In this document: positions 48,911-61,065 of the stretch, one piece after another | How the letters are laid out: each line of letters opens with the position of its first letter | Numbering within the stretch: position 1 is the stretch's first letter | DNA from: Ostreococcus lucimarinus | Taxonomy: Eukaryota | Strand: one strand, 5' to 3' | DNA length: 64,000 nucleotides | NCBI GenBank assembly: GCA_000092065.1 | Contig: CP000587.1 | Program-made: the position numbers and the translations under genes | Notes under the pieces: generated by a model | What the model was told of the DNA's origin: nothing | The model's input: the letters and a program-made list of their open reading frames with translations, nothing else | Databases searched by the model: none

Positions 48911-50470
48911 ATGACGCGGCGCGCGCGAGGCGTCGCGGCGGCGGTCGCGCTGGCGACGCTCGGCGCGGCGGCGACGGTCGAAGAGGACGAGGGCGACGCG
49001 GCGACGCTCGCGCGAGGGACGGCGCGCGCGGCGCACGCGGCGGCGACGGTGGCGACGATGGTGGTGGACTATAAGCTCGCGAAACGCGAGACGTGGCGAA
49101 GCGAGGGCGGCGCGCACGATAGGAACGCGAAGCGGTTGCACGCGATGTGCGGCGCGAACGGAGGACTGTACGTCAAGGCTGGACAGTTCGCGTCCACCGC
49201 CGGCGGCGTGCCGGAGGCGTACGCGCGACGGTTGAGTAAGCTGCAGGATGAGGTGGCGCCGTCGCCGCGCGACGCGGTGCTGAAAGTGGTGAGGAATGAG
49301 TTCGGCGGTCGCGCGCCCGAGGCGCTGTTCGAGACGTTTGAACCCGAACCCATGGCGGCGGCGTCGTTGGCGCAAGTGCATCGCGCGGTGTTGAAGAGCG
49401 GACGGACGGTGGCGGTTAAGATCCAGCGACCAGGGCTCGAGCGGTCGATCGAGAGCGACATATCGACGATGAGCGCGCTGGTGCGCTTCACCAGGCTCTT
49501 CTTTCCGTCGTTTGATTTCGGTTTCATGGTGGACGAGTTCAAGTCAAGACTGGAAAAGGAGATCGATTTCGAAGCGGAAGGACGGAACTGCGAACGGCTC
49601 GGATTGGCGTTCGCGGACGACGCCCGCATCGACACCCCAGAGGTTTTCTGGGATTTAACCACTCGTCGCGTGTTGACGATGGAGTTCATCGACGGCGAGA
49701 AACTGACGAACATCGAAGGGATGCGCGAGAAAGGTCTCGACCCCGAGCACGCCGCGCTCGCACTGAGCGATTGTTTCGCGCGCATGCTTCTCGTGCACGG
49801 GTACATCCACGGAGATCCTCACCCTGGAAATTTGCTCTGCCGCGCGCATCCCGACGGAAGCGGGCGAACGCAAGTCGTGCTGTTGGATCACGGCTTGTAC
49901 AGCGAGCTCACGGAGGAATCGCGCAAGGCGATGTCAAATTTATGGATCGCTATCGCGGTCGGCGACAGCGTCCGCGCGGTGGCCGCCGCGAAAGCTTTGC
50001 AAGTGCCGGATGAATTCGCGTGGCTCATGCCGCTCGCGTTGGCGAGAAAGACGTCGAGCGGCGAACCGGTGGATCGACGAGTCCTCGAGAAGCAGTGGGC
50101 CGACGACAAGGCCAAAGGCGGCGCCGGGCGTCCAGGTCTCGGCGAGGCCGCGATCATCGGCAACAATTTATCGAAAGAGATGATCATCGTGTTACGAGCG
50201 AACGCGCTGGTGCGAAACGTCATCAAGGCGCTCGGTGACTCGCGCGAGAGCTCCATCGCCGCGCTCGAGATGAAGCGTCAGTGGTGCAACGTGCGCTACG
50301 CCGCGCTCGGTCTCATCGTCCCGCGCGCTCTCGGTGCGTCTTCCATCTCGCGCGGCGTCTCCACGCGGCGTAAACTTCTTTGGCGCGCGCGTTCTTTCGG
50401 CATCTTCGCGCGCGTCTCTCGGCGCGCCTTCGCTCGCGTCTTCGCGCGTCGTCGGAGCGCGCCGCCGTAG
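48911..50470 (+). CDS. ABC1/UbiB-family atypical kinase (ADCK, aarF domain)
   Basis: 'VAVKIQRPGL', 'HGDPHPGNLL' and the conserved ADCK N-terminal 'KLAKRE' region. Confidence 0.8.
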   Translation: MTRRARGVAAAVALATLGAAATVEEDEGDAATLARGTARAAHAAATVATMVVDYKLAKRETWRSEGGAHDRNAKRLHAMCGANGGLYVKAGQFASTAGGVPEAYARRLSKLQDEVAPSPRDAVLKVVRNEFGGRAPEALFETFEPEPMAAASLAQVHRAVLKSGRTVAVKIQRPGLERSIESDISTMSALVRFTRLFFPSFDFGFMVDEFKSRLEKEIDFEAEGRNCERLGLAFADDARIDTPEVFWDLTTRRVLTMEFIDGEKLTNIEGMREKGLDPEHAALALSDCFARMLLVHGYIHGDPHPGNLLCRAHPDGSGRTQVVLLDHGLYSELTEESRKAMSNLWIAIAVGDSVRAVAAAKALQVPDEFAWLMPLALARKTSSGEPVDRRVLEKQWADDKAKGGAGRPGLGEAAIIGNNLSKEMIIVLRANALVRNVIKALGDSRESSIAALEMKRQWCNVRYAALGLIVPRALGASSISRGVSTRRKLLWRARSFGIFARVSRRAFARVFARRRSAPP

Positions 50471-50531
50471 CCCGCGTTGCAATTTTATTCTTTACGTGAC
50501 TCCCGCGCGCGCGTCTCGCCTCGGCGACGTC

Positions 50532-51401
<870 letters not shown>

Positions 51402-51577
51402 CGTCGCGCGACGCGATGCCAACGACGAAGAACTTAGAAACGCGCGCATCATGTCAATTGTATGATTTCTCTGTACACTAACCGCCTCCGCCGCGCCATC
51501 GCCGAGCGACGCCGCGACGCCCGCGCGGATAACCGCCGCGACGCCGCGTCTCGCCGCAAATCGCCGCGCGCGGTGCC

Positions 51578-52696
51578 ATGGCGAACCGCTACGGCGACGC
51601 GGGCGATGAATCTCCCATAACGTCCGCGCGCGCGAGCGATCTCGCGCGCGCGCGCGTCGACGGCGCGCGCGGCGAGAGCGCGAACGCGTTTTCACAATCT
51701 GGGGGGACAAAAGAAGATGGCCCACGCTCGCGGAAAAAACGCGCGGTGTCGCCCATCGACGCCATCTGGCAGCCCGAAGACCTCGTCGTGGGACGAAAAT
51801 CGGTCGTCCCGAAGGAGTTGTCGACGTCGATGCGCGCGCTGTCGGACATCGGGAACGCGGGCGCGGCGCCCGCGCGTGAGGCTGACGCGCCGAACGAAAT
51901 AGACGTGGAGTCGTACTTGCTCGGACAAAAGCACGCGCTGGAATCGGCGTTCGATAAATCGTTACCGCAGAGACAGTTATTGGGGGCGTTGCAGCTCGCG
52001 CTGCACGACGTGCGCGAGAAGACGAGCAAGTTGGAGGCGTCGAGTTCGGAAATCGAAGGCGCCGTTCGGCGTTCCGAGGGCGTCCAAAATCAAGTGACGG
52101 GCGACGTTCGCGCGCTGACGACGTCGACGATTCCGGCGATTGAACGTGCGATCGGCGAGCTGCGATCGCGCATGGATGCGGAGGAACGACGGAAGACGAT
52201 GTCATTGACGGCGTTGGTGAAGGAGACGGCGATGCGAACGCTCTTCGGCGTCGCTTCGCTCGAGACGGCGGTGGGGAACTTCACGCGATCCGTGCTGTTC
52301 CCTCCAATCAATGAGGGCGATGCGTCGGCGGTGGACGCGGTGGACAAGGTCGATGCGACTCCAGAGTACGCGCAAACGCTCGGCGCGATTTTTCTCGTAA
52401 CGGCGCTCGAACTCGCCTCGAGAACGAACGAGTATATTCGCTCGAGAGCACCGCCGAGCGTGCAACGGACGACGACGACGTTTACGTGGGGTTTAAATGC
52501 ATGTCGCACACTGGTGTGGGCAGCGGCTGCGATTGAATGTCTACAATTCACGAAAGTGCGCTGTCACGCGCTCGCGTCGATCGCGTACGCAGCCGCGACG
52601 GAGACGACGGACGAAGTCAAAGAAGTGAACACCAGCGACGACGACACCCCCGGCGTGCCGACAGGCGTCATCGCGCTCGCGGACGACACGAGATGA
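51578..52696 (+). CDS. Hypothetical protein
   Basis: 372-aa ORF with ordinary composition and a coiled-coil-like middle region. No recognised domain. Confidence 0.4.
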   Translation: MANRYGDAGDESPITSARASDLARARVDGARGESANAFSQSGGTKEDGPRSRKKRAVSPIDAIWQPEDLVVGRKSVVPKELSTSMRALSDIGNAGAAPAREADAPNEIDVESYLLGQKHALESAFDKSLPQRQLLGALQLALHDVREKTSKLEASSSEIEGAVRRSEGVQNQVTGDVRALTTSTIPAIERAIGELRSRMDAEERRKTMSLTALVKETAMRTLFGVASLETAVGNFTRSVLFPPINEGDASAVDAVDKVDATPEYAQTLGAIFLVTALELASRTNEYIRSRAPPSVQRTTTTFTWGLNACRTLVWAAAAIECLQFTKVRCHALASIAYAAATETTDEVKEVNTSDDDTPGVPTGVIALADDTR

Positions 52697-52868
52697 ACAT
52701 CGCGCGATTCGCGCGCTCGACTAGCGCGCAAAAAAGAAGCATCTGTAACATAATTCTTCCCTTGGCAGCTTTACGGCGCGATAGGGGAAAGAACCCTCTC
52801 TCGCGCGCGCCGCGCGCGCTCGCACTCCACGACGCGCATTCGAGCCGCGCGCGCGCGCGGAACGTAGG

Positions 52869-53579
52869 ATGAATAGAACCAATCAAATCGCACCAGTCAG
52901 CAGAACGCCGTCGCGCGCGACCGAGCGCGCGCGCGCTGAGACCTCGGTGATACGCGGTTCTGTTCTGAGCAGTTCTTCGTTTGACGCCGTGGACAACGCC
53001 GCGCTGGAGACGCCCTCGGACGAGCATTCGTTCGATACCGATGAACACGTTAACGTGGATGACGGCGACGACGTCGATGACGCGCGATCGACGCCAGAGA
53101 CGGTGGAGGAGACGCAGCGTTCGAACGGTGCTTCGTTGCACGCCTCGGACGCGACTTCGGCGACGACGAAAGGCGACGAGTCGCGCGATGAGGTTTCGCT
53201 GGAAGAAAATACGGACCCGCGAGCGAACGAAACGAACCCGACGAAGAAGCCGACGGGCGAGACGGTGACGTGCGGGCTCTCCAAGAACGTCGATTTCTTA
53301 CTCGTGAAGACTGGCCACGTGAAGTCGATATCAAAGCGTAAGGCGAAAACAACCACGGTGTCGCAGAAGAAACCGTCGAACGAGGTGGCGCTGGTGGAAA
53401 TGCCGCGCGCATCGCGCACGCTGACGACTGCAAACGACAAGCGCTCGACCGCACACACGTGGAAGTCGTGTCCGTTTGCTATTGCGCAAGGATCCGAGCC
53501 GGCGCCCGCCGGATCGCAACAGTGCGGTAACTGCAGAGCGTTGGATTTGTTTTATCTTGATTCGTCGTGGAATCAATGA
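52869..53579 (+). CDS. Hypothetical Ser/Thr/Asp-rich protein with a Cys-containing C-terminus
   Basis: 236-aa ORF in a lower-GC stretch. No recognised domain. Confidence 0.35.
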   Translation: MNRTNQIAPVSRTPSRATERARAETSVIRGSVLSSSSFDAVDNAALETPSDEHSFDTDEHVNVDDGDDVDDARSTPETVEETQRSNGASLHASDATSATTKGDESRDEVSLEENTDPRANETNPTKKPTGETVTCGLSKNVDFLLVKTGHVKSISKRKAKTTTVSQKKPSNEVALVEMPRASRTLTTANDKRSTAHTWKSCPFAIAQGSEPAPAGSQQCGNCRALDLFYLDSSWNQ

Positions 53580-53826
53580 CCGACGCCAGAGACGCATTTT
53601 AGCCTAACGACGTATATGTATGCACACGCTTATTGATTTTATCGCGCGATCGATTGAAATATTGAATATTGAAATAGTAATCGTCGCCGCGGCGCGGCGA
53701 CGTCGCGCGATCGGTTTCTCTCGCTTCTACTACGCGAGGCGTCAATTTAACGTACAATCATATCGCTGTGCTGAGAATTAAAAGCTGCGTCTAAGACGCA
53801 CAAGTGAACGAGACAGAAGTATGAAA

Positions 53827-54741
53827 CTAGCAGCAAGAGCTCTTCGCGTTGACGCTGCGACCTTCGCCCGGTCGCACGGTGTTTCCTCGCGGACCCGCGT
53901 TCATTTGCGGTTGGCTCGCCATGCGGTTCTTAATTTCGTTCGCCATGGTCATGAAAGCTTGCTCAACGTTCGTCGCATTCTTCGCCGACGTCTCTATGAA
54001 CGGGATCCCAATCTCATCCGCGAACGCCTTCGCCGTCGCGTAATCCACCACCTTTTGACTCGTCAAGTCGCTCTTATTCCCCACCAGCAACTTGTTCACA
54101 TTTTCGTTCGCGTAGCGATCGATCTCGTTCAACCATCCCTTCACCGCCTCAAAACTCTCCATGTCGGTCACATCGTACACGACGATGATGCCGTGCGCGC
54201 CGCGGTAGTACGACGACGTGATCGTCCGAAATCGTTCCTGCCCCGCGGTGTCCCAAATTTGAAGCTTGATCGTCTTACCCTCCAGCTCCACCGTGCGAAT
54301 CTTAAAATCAACCCCGATCGTCGAGATATACGTCCCCGTGTACGTATCGTCCGCGAAGCGAAGCAACAGACACGACTTACCGACGCCCGAGTCGCCGATG
54401 AGCTGCGCGCGCGCGTCGATAGATCCGCCCTCGTCAGTCCTCGCGTCTCCCTCGCCTCCGTTCGCGCCTCCCGCGCCCGCGCGTCGATCCCGTCCTCGTC
54501 CGCGTCGCCTTCGCTCGCGTCCGCGCGCGCCCGTCCCTCGATCCCTCGCGTCACCGCGCGTCGCGGTCGAGCGTTCGCGTCGCGACGATCGCCCGTCTCA
54601 ACGGCACGCGGCGCGTTCGCGCGCGCGTCGCGTTCGCGCGCGCGCGCGCGCGTCGCGCGCGCGCGCGCCGAGGCGTCGGTCGTCGCGGCGACTCGTTCGA
54701 CGCACCAGGAGCTTGAACAGGTAATCGTACTCGGGATTCAT
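53827..54741 (-). CDS. RAB1: Rab1/Ypt1 small GTPase. Two exons: ~54706..54741 (12 codons) and 53827..54402
   Basis: The exon 1 sequence '[12 protein letters not shown]' joins at a GTGCGT donor and CAG acceptor to '[22 protein letters not shown]...[28 protein letters not shown]...SSCC*'. It is an almost perfect Rab1 match. Confidence 0.85.
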
Positions 54742-55052
54742 CGTCGCGCGCGCGAGATTCTGGCGCGCGCGGGCGTCGCGCGCGCGCGATGGCGCGCGAT
54801 TTAGCGCCCCGAACCCTAGTGCGTGGCGTCGCATAGAAGGACGGTGCGAGCGCATCACGAAGTCAACTGTTTCGGCGGCGGCGCGACGCGCGCGCGCGCG
54901 CGCGCGGCCGCACACGACGACGCGCCTCGCGCCGTCGACGCGCGCAAACGTCGCTCGCACGCCGCGCGCGCGTCGCGCCGCCGCGCCCGCGACGCGCGTC
55001 GCGCGGGAGCGCGCGAAAACGACGCGCGAACGCCTCGCGAGGCGGCGCCGAC
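54742..55052. promoter_or_regulatory. Putative bidirectional promoter between the divergent Rab1 (-) and PRMT1 (+) genes
   Basis: A 311-bp interval dominated by (CGCG)n between two divergent start codons. Confidence 0.3.
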
Positions 55053-56252
55053 ATGACGAACGCGCCGATGGACGCCGACGGCGCGGGCGCGAGGGACGAC
55101 GGGGACGGGCGCACGGCGAATCTGGTGGTGACGAAACCGAAGGACATCGGCGACGCGGATTTCGCGAATTATTTTTGCACGTACGGGTACCTGTATCACC
55201 AGAAGGACATGCTGGAGGATCAGAATCGAATGACGGCGTACAGCGACGCGGTGCGATTGAATCCGGATTCGTTCAGGGGGAAGGTGGTGCTGGACGTGGG
55301 GACGGGATCTGGTGTGCTCGCGATGTGGGCGGCGCAAGCGGGGGCGAAGAAGGTGTACGCGGTGGAGGCGACGCACATGGCTGTGCAAGCGAGGAAAATC
55401 GTCGCGGCGAACGGGCTGAGCGACGTCGTGGAGGTGATACAAGGATCGATGGAGGAGGTGGAACTGCCGGAGAAGGTGGACGTGATCATCAGTGAATGGA
55501 TGGGGTACTTTTTATTGCGCGAGTCGATGTTTGATTCGGTGCTGTGCGCGAGGGATAAGTGGATGAAGCCGGGAGGGGCGATGTTTCCGTCGCACGCGAA
55601 GATGTATCTGAGCGCGATTAAGTCGAACAAGAGTGGGCAAAAATATCAAGAGCTTCAAGAGAGCTTGAACGTGTGGGAGGATTTCGTGCGGAACACGCAC
55701 GAAAATTATGGCATAGACTTGTCGTGCATGAACGGCGAATACGAAGATGAGCAAAAAGAGCACTATTTGAACACCGCGGCGTGGGTGGACATTCACCCGT
55801 CGCAAGTCATGGCTAAGCCGTTTACGTTGGCGAGCTTTGACTTGAACACGTGCTCGATGGACGACATCAAAGTTCTTCGCGACGTCGACTTCAAGCTGCG
55901 CCTGTTCGATGGACTCGCAGGGCCTTCGGGGGAGACGCGCGTCGGCGCGTTCGCGGGCTGGTTCGACGTCACGTTCGCGGGATCCAAGGAGAACCCGTGC
56001 GAGAACCCGGTCGAGCTCACGACAGCACCGGACGCGAACGGCGCCACGCACTGGGGTCAACAAGCGTTCTACATGTTTCCTGAGGTATACGCCAGCGATG
56101 GTCACTTCATTTCTGGTAAGTTTGACATGGTTCGTCGCAAGGAAAACCAACGCCTGTACAGCGTTCGGATGAACTGGACGCAGTCCGACACGGACGCTGG
56201 GCCGCCGAACGAGTCCATCGGCACGCGTGGGATCGTTTGGCAGATTGAGTGA
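55053..56252 (+). CDS. PRMT1: Protein arginine N-methyltransferase, type I (PRMT1-like)
   Basis: 'VVLDVGTGSGVLAMWAAQAGAKKVYAVEAT' (motif I), 'SEWMGYFLL' (double-E loop) and the THW-loop region. Confidence 0.85.
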   Translation: MTNAPMDADGAGARDDGDGRTANLVVTKPKDIGDADFANYFCTYGYLYHQKDMLEDQNRMTAYSDAVRLNPDSFRGKVVLDVGTGSGVLAMWAAQAGAKKVYAVEATHMAVQARKIVAANGLSDVVEVIQGSMEEVELPEKVDVIISEWMGYFLLRESMFDSVLCARDKWMKPGGAMFPSHAKMYLSAIKSNKSGQKYQELQESLNVWEDFVRNTHENYGIDLSCMNGEYEDEQKEHYLNTAAWVDIHPSQVMAKPFTLASFDLNTCSMDDIKVLRDVDFKLRLFDGLAGPSGETRVGAFAGWFDVTFAGSKENPCENPVELTTAPDANGATHWGQQAFYMFPEVYASDGHFISGKFDMVRRKENQRLYSVRMNWTQSDTDAGPPNESIGTRGIVWQIE

Positions 56253-56400
56253 GCGCTCAACCCTATCACTAATACTAGTACGGTTTAACCAAAGCTCACG
56301 CACATTTTTCCGCACGTCTCGTCCGTCTCTAGTCCGCGTTGACTGTTTGACTCCCCAACGCGCGACGACCTCACTCGCACGCGCGCGGCGATCGCGCTCC

Positions 56401-57420
56401 ATGTCCGCCGCGAGCGCCCTTGCGAGCGCGCGCGACGCGTTCGACGACGAGGACTACGACGAATCGCTGCAAATATGCGACGACGCTCTGGGAACCGGCG
56501 ACGAAGGTGAAAAAGTGGCGCTGCTGTGTCACCGCTCCAAGACATTTCTAGCGGTCGGGCTCGCGCAAGAGGCGTTCGCGGACGCCGTAGACGCGGTGGC
56601 GCTCGAGGGCGACAACTCCGAGGCGCTGCTCAGGCTCGGGATCGCGGCGTACGAGATCGGGGCGTATGCAAAGGCACGGGAAGCGCTCGAGCGCGGCGTC
56701 GGCGCCGAGCCGAGCGGGACGAGCCGACGCGCGACAACGATGAAGTGGCTCGAAAAGGCGAAAACGGCGGAAATGAAGGCGAGAGATGGCGGCGAAGATG
56801 CATCGCCACACGCGAACGACGAGCGTTTCAAGCGGGCGTGGTATCAGTCGCAGACGCACGCGACAGTGGAAATTTTCGCGCGAGGCGTCACGGCGGACGC
56901 GTTGACGTTGGATTTCAACGACGCTTGCGATGTGTTGCGGGTGACGATAGATGCTTTGAGTGGGGGCGATGCGCACGCGAAAATGTATGATCCATACATT
57001 TTAGAGCTGAAACTTTTCGGGGCGGTCGATCGCGAAAGTGGTGTGGTCAACGTGTCGCCGGCCAAGGTGGAGATTCGCATGAAGAAGAAGACACCCGGAC
57101 ACTGGAACGATCTCGAGCGACGGCCGGGAGGCGGATTATCGACATCGTCAGTGAACGCGTACAGTGAAGTAAAACCGCAAGCTGACAAGCGCACGGCGAA
57201 AGATTGGGACGCTCTGGAGGCAGAGCTTGACGCCGAGCTCTCGGAAGAAAAGCCCGAAGGCGAAGCGGCGTTGAACGAGCTTTTTCAAAAGATTTACATG
57301 AACGCAGATGATGACACTCGGCGCGCGATGAATAAATCATTTCAGGAGAGCGCCGGGACGGTCCTGAGCACGGATTGGAAAGACGTGGGCTCAAAAACTG
57401 TCACTCCTGAGGCGCCGTGA
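56401..57420 (+). CDS. SGT1: SGT1 (TPR + CS + SGS domains) co-chaperone
   Basis: N-terminal TPRs, the CS domain 'WYQSQTHATVEIFARGV', and the C-terminal SGS motif 'RAMNKSFQESAGTVLSTDWKDVG'. Confidence 0.75.
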   Translation: MSAASALASARDAFDDEDYDESLQICDDALGTGDEGEKVALLCHRSKTFLAVGLAQEAFADAVDAVALEGDNSEALLRLGIAAYEIGAYAKAREALERGVGAEPSGTSRRATTMKWLEKAKTAEMKARDGGEDASPHANDERFKRAWYQSQTHATVEIFARGVTADALTLDFNDACDVLRVTIDALSGGDAHAKMYDPYILELKLFGAVDRESGVVNVSPAKVEIRMKKKTPGHWNDLERRPGGGLSTSSVNAYSEVKPQADKRTAKDWDALEAELDAELSEEKPEGEAALNELFQKIYMNADDDTRRAMNKSFQESAGTVLSTDWKDVGSKTVTPEAP

Positions 57421-57523
57421 TGGAAACGCGCAATTTAGAGATCGGTACGAACACACGGGTTTAGATTTGATGAATTCACACCGCACTAGTAAAGCTATGA
57501 TTTGCGACGTCGTCTTTTCGCGC

Positions 57524-58583
57524 TTAAAAACAAATCGTGTCCAGCATCACCCCGAGCGTCTGCACGATGTTATCCGCCATGAGCTTTTGCACGTTCTCGC
57601 TGAGATGTTTCTTCGGATCCTGCCGGCCGACGTTTTTCACCACGAGCTCTTGCGCCGTCAGCTTGTCCTCCTCCACGACGGCCTTTTCGTACTTGGTCGC
57701 CAACTCCTTGAGCTCGAGCACGACGTTTTCGTTTTGCTTCTCTTGCTCGTCGAACTTGTTCACCTTCAAACCCGCGCTCCACTTCGACTTGTTCAAATTC
57801 AACAACATCTTTTCTTCCAGCACCGATTTGGCGTACGAAATGCCGATGCTGTAGTAGTGCCTATTCAACCCGTGGATCAACGCGCTGATCGAAGGTTTGT
57901 TCAAGTGCCCCAGATTCGACGTCGTTTGTCTCGGCTCCTGACCGAGCATGATCGTCTGCGGATTAATCAATCGAAACGCATCGATCACCACCTTCCCTCG
58001 CACGCTCTGCACCGGGTCGATGACCACGGCGACGAGCCTCGGGTTCAACTGCTCGAACGACTGCTGCGTGTTGATGTCCACCCCCGACAGCCAGCACCCG
58101 AACCCAGGGTGCGAGTGGTACCAACCCACCACCATCTCCTCTCGCCCGGTCTGCTTCAACATGTCTAACATTTTCGTTTGAAACACCGGATCGACCGCCT
58201 CCACGCTGACCCCCGTGCCGCTCTGCGGCATCGCGAAGACGTCCACCACCGTCACCGTGTACTCATCGACGAACTGTCCGAGCATCAGGCCCATGACTTC
58301 CATCGGCACTCCCGCGCGACCTATTTCGAGCGACGGCGGCGTCCATCGGTCAGTCCACGCCCGCGCGTCGCGCACACGACCGCGATCGTCTCGAGATTTC
58401 GCGTCAGATCCAACAGTCAACTCGACGATGATTCGTCGCTCGCGTCGCGCGCTCACCGTGTTTGAGCATTTTGAGCAGCGCTAAGCTAGATATGTACACT
58501 TGTTCCGCGGTGTCGACCTGCGCGGCGTCACCAGCGCCGGGCATGGCGCCGGGCATACCGCCAGATTGCATCAAGCGTTGCAT
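57524..58583 (-). CDS. RPN11: 26S proteasome lid deubiquitinase RPN11/PSMD14 (MPN+/JAMM). Two exons: ~58457..58583 and 57524..58320; 136-nt intron
   Basis: The JAMM motif '[18 protein letters not shown]' is present. Exon 1 '[43 protein letters not shown]' ends at a GTGAGC donor. A TAG acceptor precedes '[14 protein letters not shown]'. Confidence 0.85.
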
Positions 58584-58626
58584 GGCGAGAGGCTCGGTGT
58601 GCGGTGCGTCGTCGTTGCAACGAGGA

Positions 58627-60072
58627 CTACGCGATCGGGCGAATCATGGTCGCTGGATTGTTCTCGAACGTATCGGGGTGAACTTCGTAAGAATCGAACC
58701 TCCAACCGAGCTTGCGCGCGGATGGTAGCGCCAGCCGCGTGAGCACGTCGGTCGGCGTCACGACGCGCAGAGGCGAGCCTTCTAAATCGACGACGAAGAC
58801 GTGATGGATGGAGTTCTTCGCGAGCGCACCCAGGACGTCGATGAAATCAGCGTCCTCGGTGAGGGTAACGAGTGGAATGCGCGTGAGCGCTCGTGACTTG
58901 AGGTATCGTTCGACTGTGTCGCACAGCGCGTCGACATCGAACACGGCTTCGCGAATGTCGGATACGGAAAGGACGTCGATCAATTTACCGCGCGGTTCGT
59001 CGACCACGCCCAGACACGAGTGACCGGTGACGTGCATCATCACGAATGCATCGAGTAAGCGCGTCTCCGGGAACACGCACATGACGTCAGAGTCGGGGAA
59101 AACGCGGTGCGATTTCCGCGCGCCCAAGCCCAGCGACGTCAAGTTTCGACGCTTGAGGGCGTCGTCGAACGAATCGCTGTTGTCGTACAGAAACTGCACA
59201 ATATCAGCTTGACTGACGAGCGCCTCGACAACCATCTTCTCTTTCATCTCATCCTTGTCGTCGGGTTTGAGCGAGTACGTGCACACGCGATGACACACGT
59301 GCGCCTGGCGAGGCGCGATGAAGTCCCCTGCGGTGACGATGTGGCGCAGGAAGCCGGATCGAACGAGCTCGAGAAGATCCGCATCCGCCGCCGCTACGCG
59401 ACTCACCATTCTCCCGTCTTCCTCACTGTGTGTCTTTCGTCGCGCTTCTTTGAGCGTCATGTTCAGCACTTCATCGATCGCGTTTTTCACGTCCTCCGGC
59501 GAGATCGAGGAGAGCCATTCGCGGCGATGATTATCGAGTTCGACCTCTCGGCGCTCGACAGATTCACCGCTCAGCCGTTCCGCGGAAGTCACGGTTCGAA
59601 ACGCGTGTCGAAGCACGCCCCACGCCGAGTGCACGTGAGGCTGCCCCGTCAACGCAGCCGTCTCCCGAACGATCTCTCGACCCGGCGGCTTCGCGCGTTG
59701 AATCGCCGCCGCGACGTCTCGGAGAATGTCGAAAACGCTGCACCACCCTATGAAAGTTTTCGCATCACCGGTGAGCACGGGCGCGCTCGACACGTTAAAC
59801 GCGCGCATGAACTCGATACACTCCGACATACTGAGCGTGTCCGCGAGCATCAGAGGCGGCGTCCGATCGCTCTCGCCGTAGTATTCATCCAAGTAATCCT
59901 CCACGCGGTGGCTCCCGAGAAGTTTTCGCCCGCTCTCGAAGGATGCAAAGACGTCGCGGCGAAACGTTTCTTCCGCGGCGGCGAGCGAGTCGTCCTGCAA
60001 CGCGTGAAGCGGTCGGCCGAGCTCGTCCTCGAGAAGTTTCGTTGGTTTTTGCTTTCGTTCTTCGATCGACAT
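58627..60072 (-). CDS. CBS-domain protein (tandem CBS pairs; SNF4/AMPK-gamma-like or CBS-only plastid regulator)
   Basis: Repeated CBS-like segments ('[19 protein letters not shown]', '[20 protein letters not shown]', '[20 protein letters not shown]'). Start 'MSIEERKQ' (ATG ~60072). Confidence 0.6.
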   Translation of the reverse strand: MSIEERKQKPTKLLEDELGRPLHALQDDSLAAAEETFRRDVFASFESGRKLLGSHRVEDYLDEYYGESDRTPPLMLADTLSMSECIEFMRAFNVSSAPVLTGDAKTFIGWCSVFDILRDVAAAIQRAKPPGREIVRETAALTGQPHVHSAWGVLRHAFRTVTSAERLSGESVERREVELDNHRREWLSSISPEDVKNAIDEVLNMTLKEARRKTHSEEDGRMVSRVAAADADLLELVRSGFLRHIVTAGDFIAPRQAHVCHRVCTYSLKPDDKDEMKEKMVVEALVSQADIVQFLYDNSDSFDDALKRRNLTSLGLGARKSHRVFPDSDVMCVFPETRLLDAFVMMHVTGHSCLGVVDEPRGKLIDVLSVSDIREAVFDVDALCDTVERYLKSRALTRIPLVTLTEDADFIDVLGALAKNSIHHVFVVDLEGSPLRVVTPTDVLTRLALPSARKLGWRFDSYEVHPDTFENNPATMIRPIA

Positions 60073-60173
60073 CGCGCGCGACGAGGCGATATGTGGCGTT
60101 TGACATGTGACGTTCGCGTCGGAGTCTCTCCGTGTATATGAAACAAAACTACTGTGACAGCCGGACGATCGGG

Positions 60174-60948
60174 TCAAAATCCACCGCCAATTTGAGCCTG
60201 CGCGCACAGCCCACTCGCTAACTTTGACTCCTCGATCGCCTTATCCCGCTCGGTCTTCATCAGCTCGTAGAGCTTCGTCTTCAACTCGAGCTCTTGTTGC
60301 AACACCTGCACCGTCTGATCGCGATTTAGCAACTCATTCTCCTTACTCTCGAGTTCGAGCTCGCGCTCCGCGAGCTCCTCGCGCAAATCTGCAAGTTGTT
60401 TCATTCGTCCCCGTCGATCGGGCTTTTCGCTCTTCGGCTTACTCTCCGCCGTTTCGGCGTTCGTCGTCGCGCTCTTCGATTCCGACTTCGTCGCCTCGGC
60501 GTTCGGCGCCGTCTCGCCGTTCGCCATCACCACCCCCGGCGCGCTCACCTCGGCCGCCGTCGACGCCTCACCGACGATTTCACCGCTCTGCGCGCGCTCG
60601 ATCGTCGCATCGCCGCGCGCGACGCTCTCGACGTCGTCCGCCGCGCTCGCGCCGCCGCCGCTCGCCACGACGAGCGCCGCGCACGCCGCCGCCGCCGCCC
60701 GACCGAGCGTCCCAGCCGCGCGTCGCGCCGCGCCCTCGCGCGCGGCGTCGCCGTCGTCGAGCGCGACGCCCGTCGCGCGTCGACCGTCCGTCGCGCGCGT
60801 CCCTCGCGCGCCGCGCGCGTCGCGCGGCGTCGACCGCGCGCGACGTCGATTCGTCGCGTCACCGATTCGCGCGCGTCGTCGCGTCGACGCGACGCAGACG
60901 GCCGCGACGCGCGCGGCGTCGCGCGATCCGACGTGCGCGCGCGCCATG
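60174..60948 (-). CDS. Hypothetical coiled-coil protein with an S/A/R-rich N-terminus
   Basis: The C-terminal 80 aa form a heptad coiled coil (LADLREELAERELELESKENELL...). The ATG lies in a CCATGG palindrome shared with an opposite-strand ORF. Confidence 0.35.
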
Positions 60949-61065
60949 GCTCGCGCGCGCGCGCGCGTCGACGACGTTCGACGTCGTCGCGTTGTGCGGT
61001 CGGGCGCGCGCGCGAGGCGCGCGGACGGCACATCGACGCACGCGGCGCCGATCGACGACGCCGCG

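Noticed and set aside
46346-49381. 5' 246 codons of the SET-domain track ORF
   Set aside because: It is poly-Arg/His and overlaps the divergent promoter and the ABC1 gene start. SET-family homology starts after the internal 'MMRALARLFG'.
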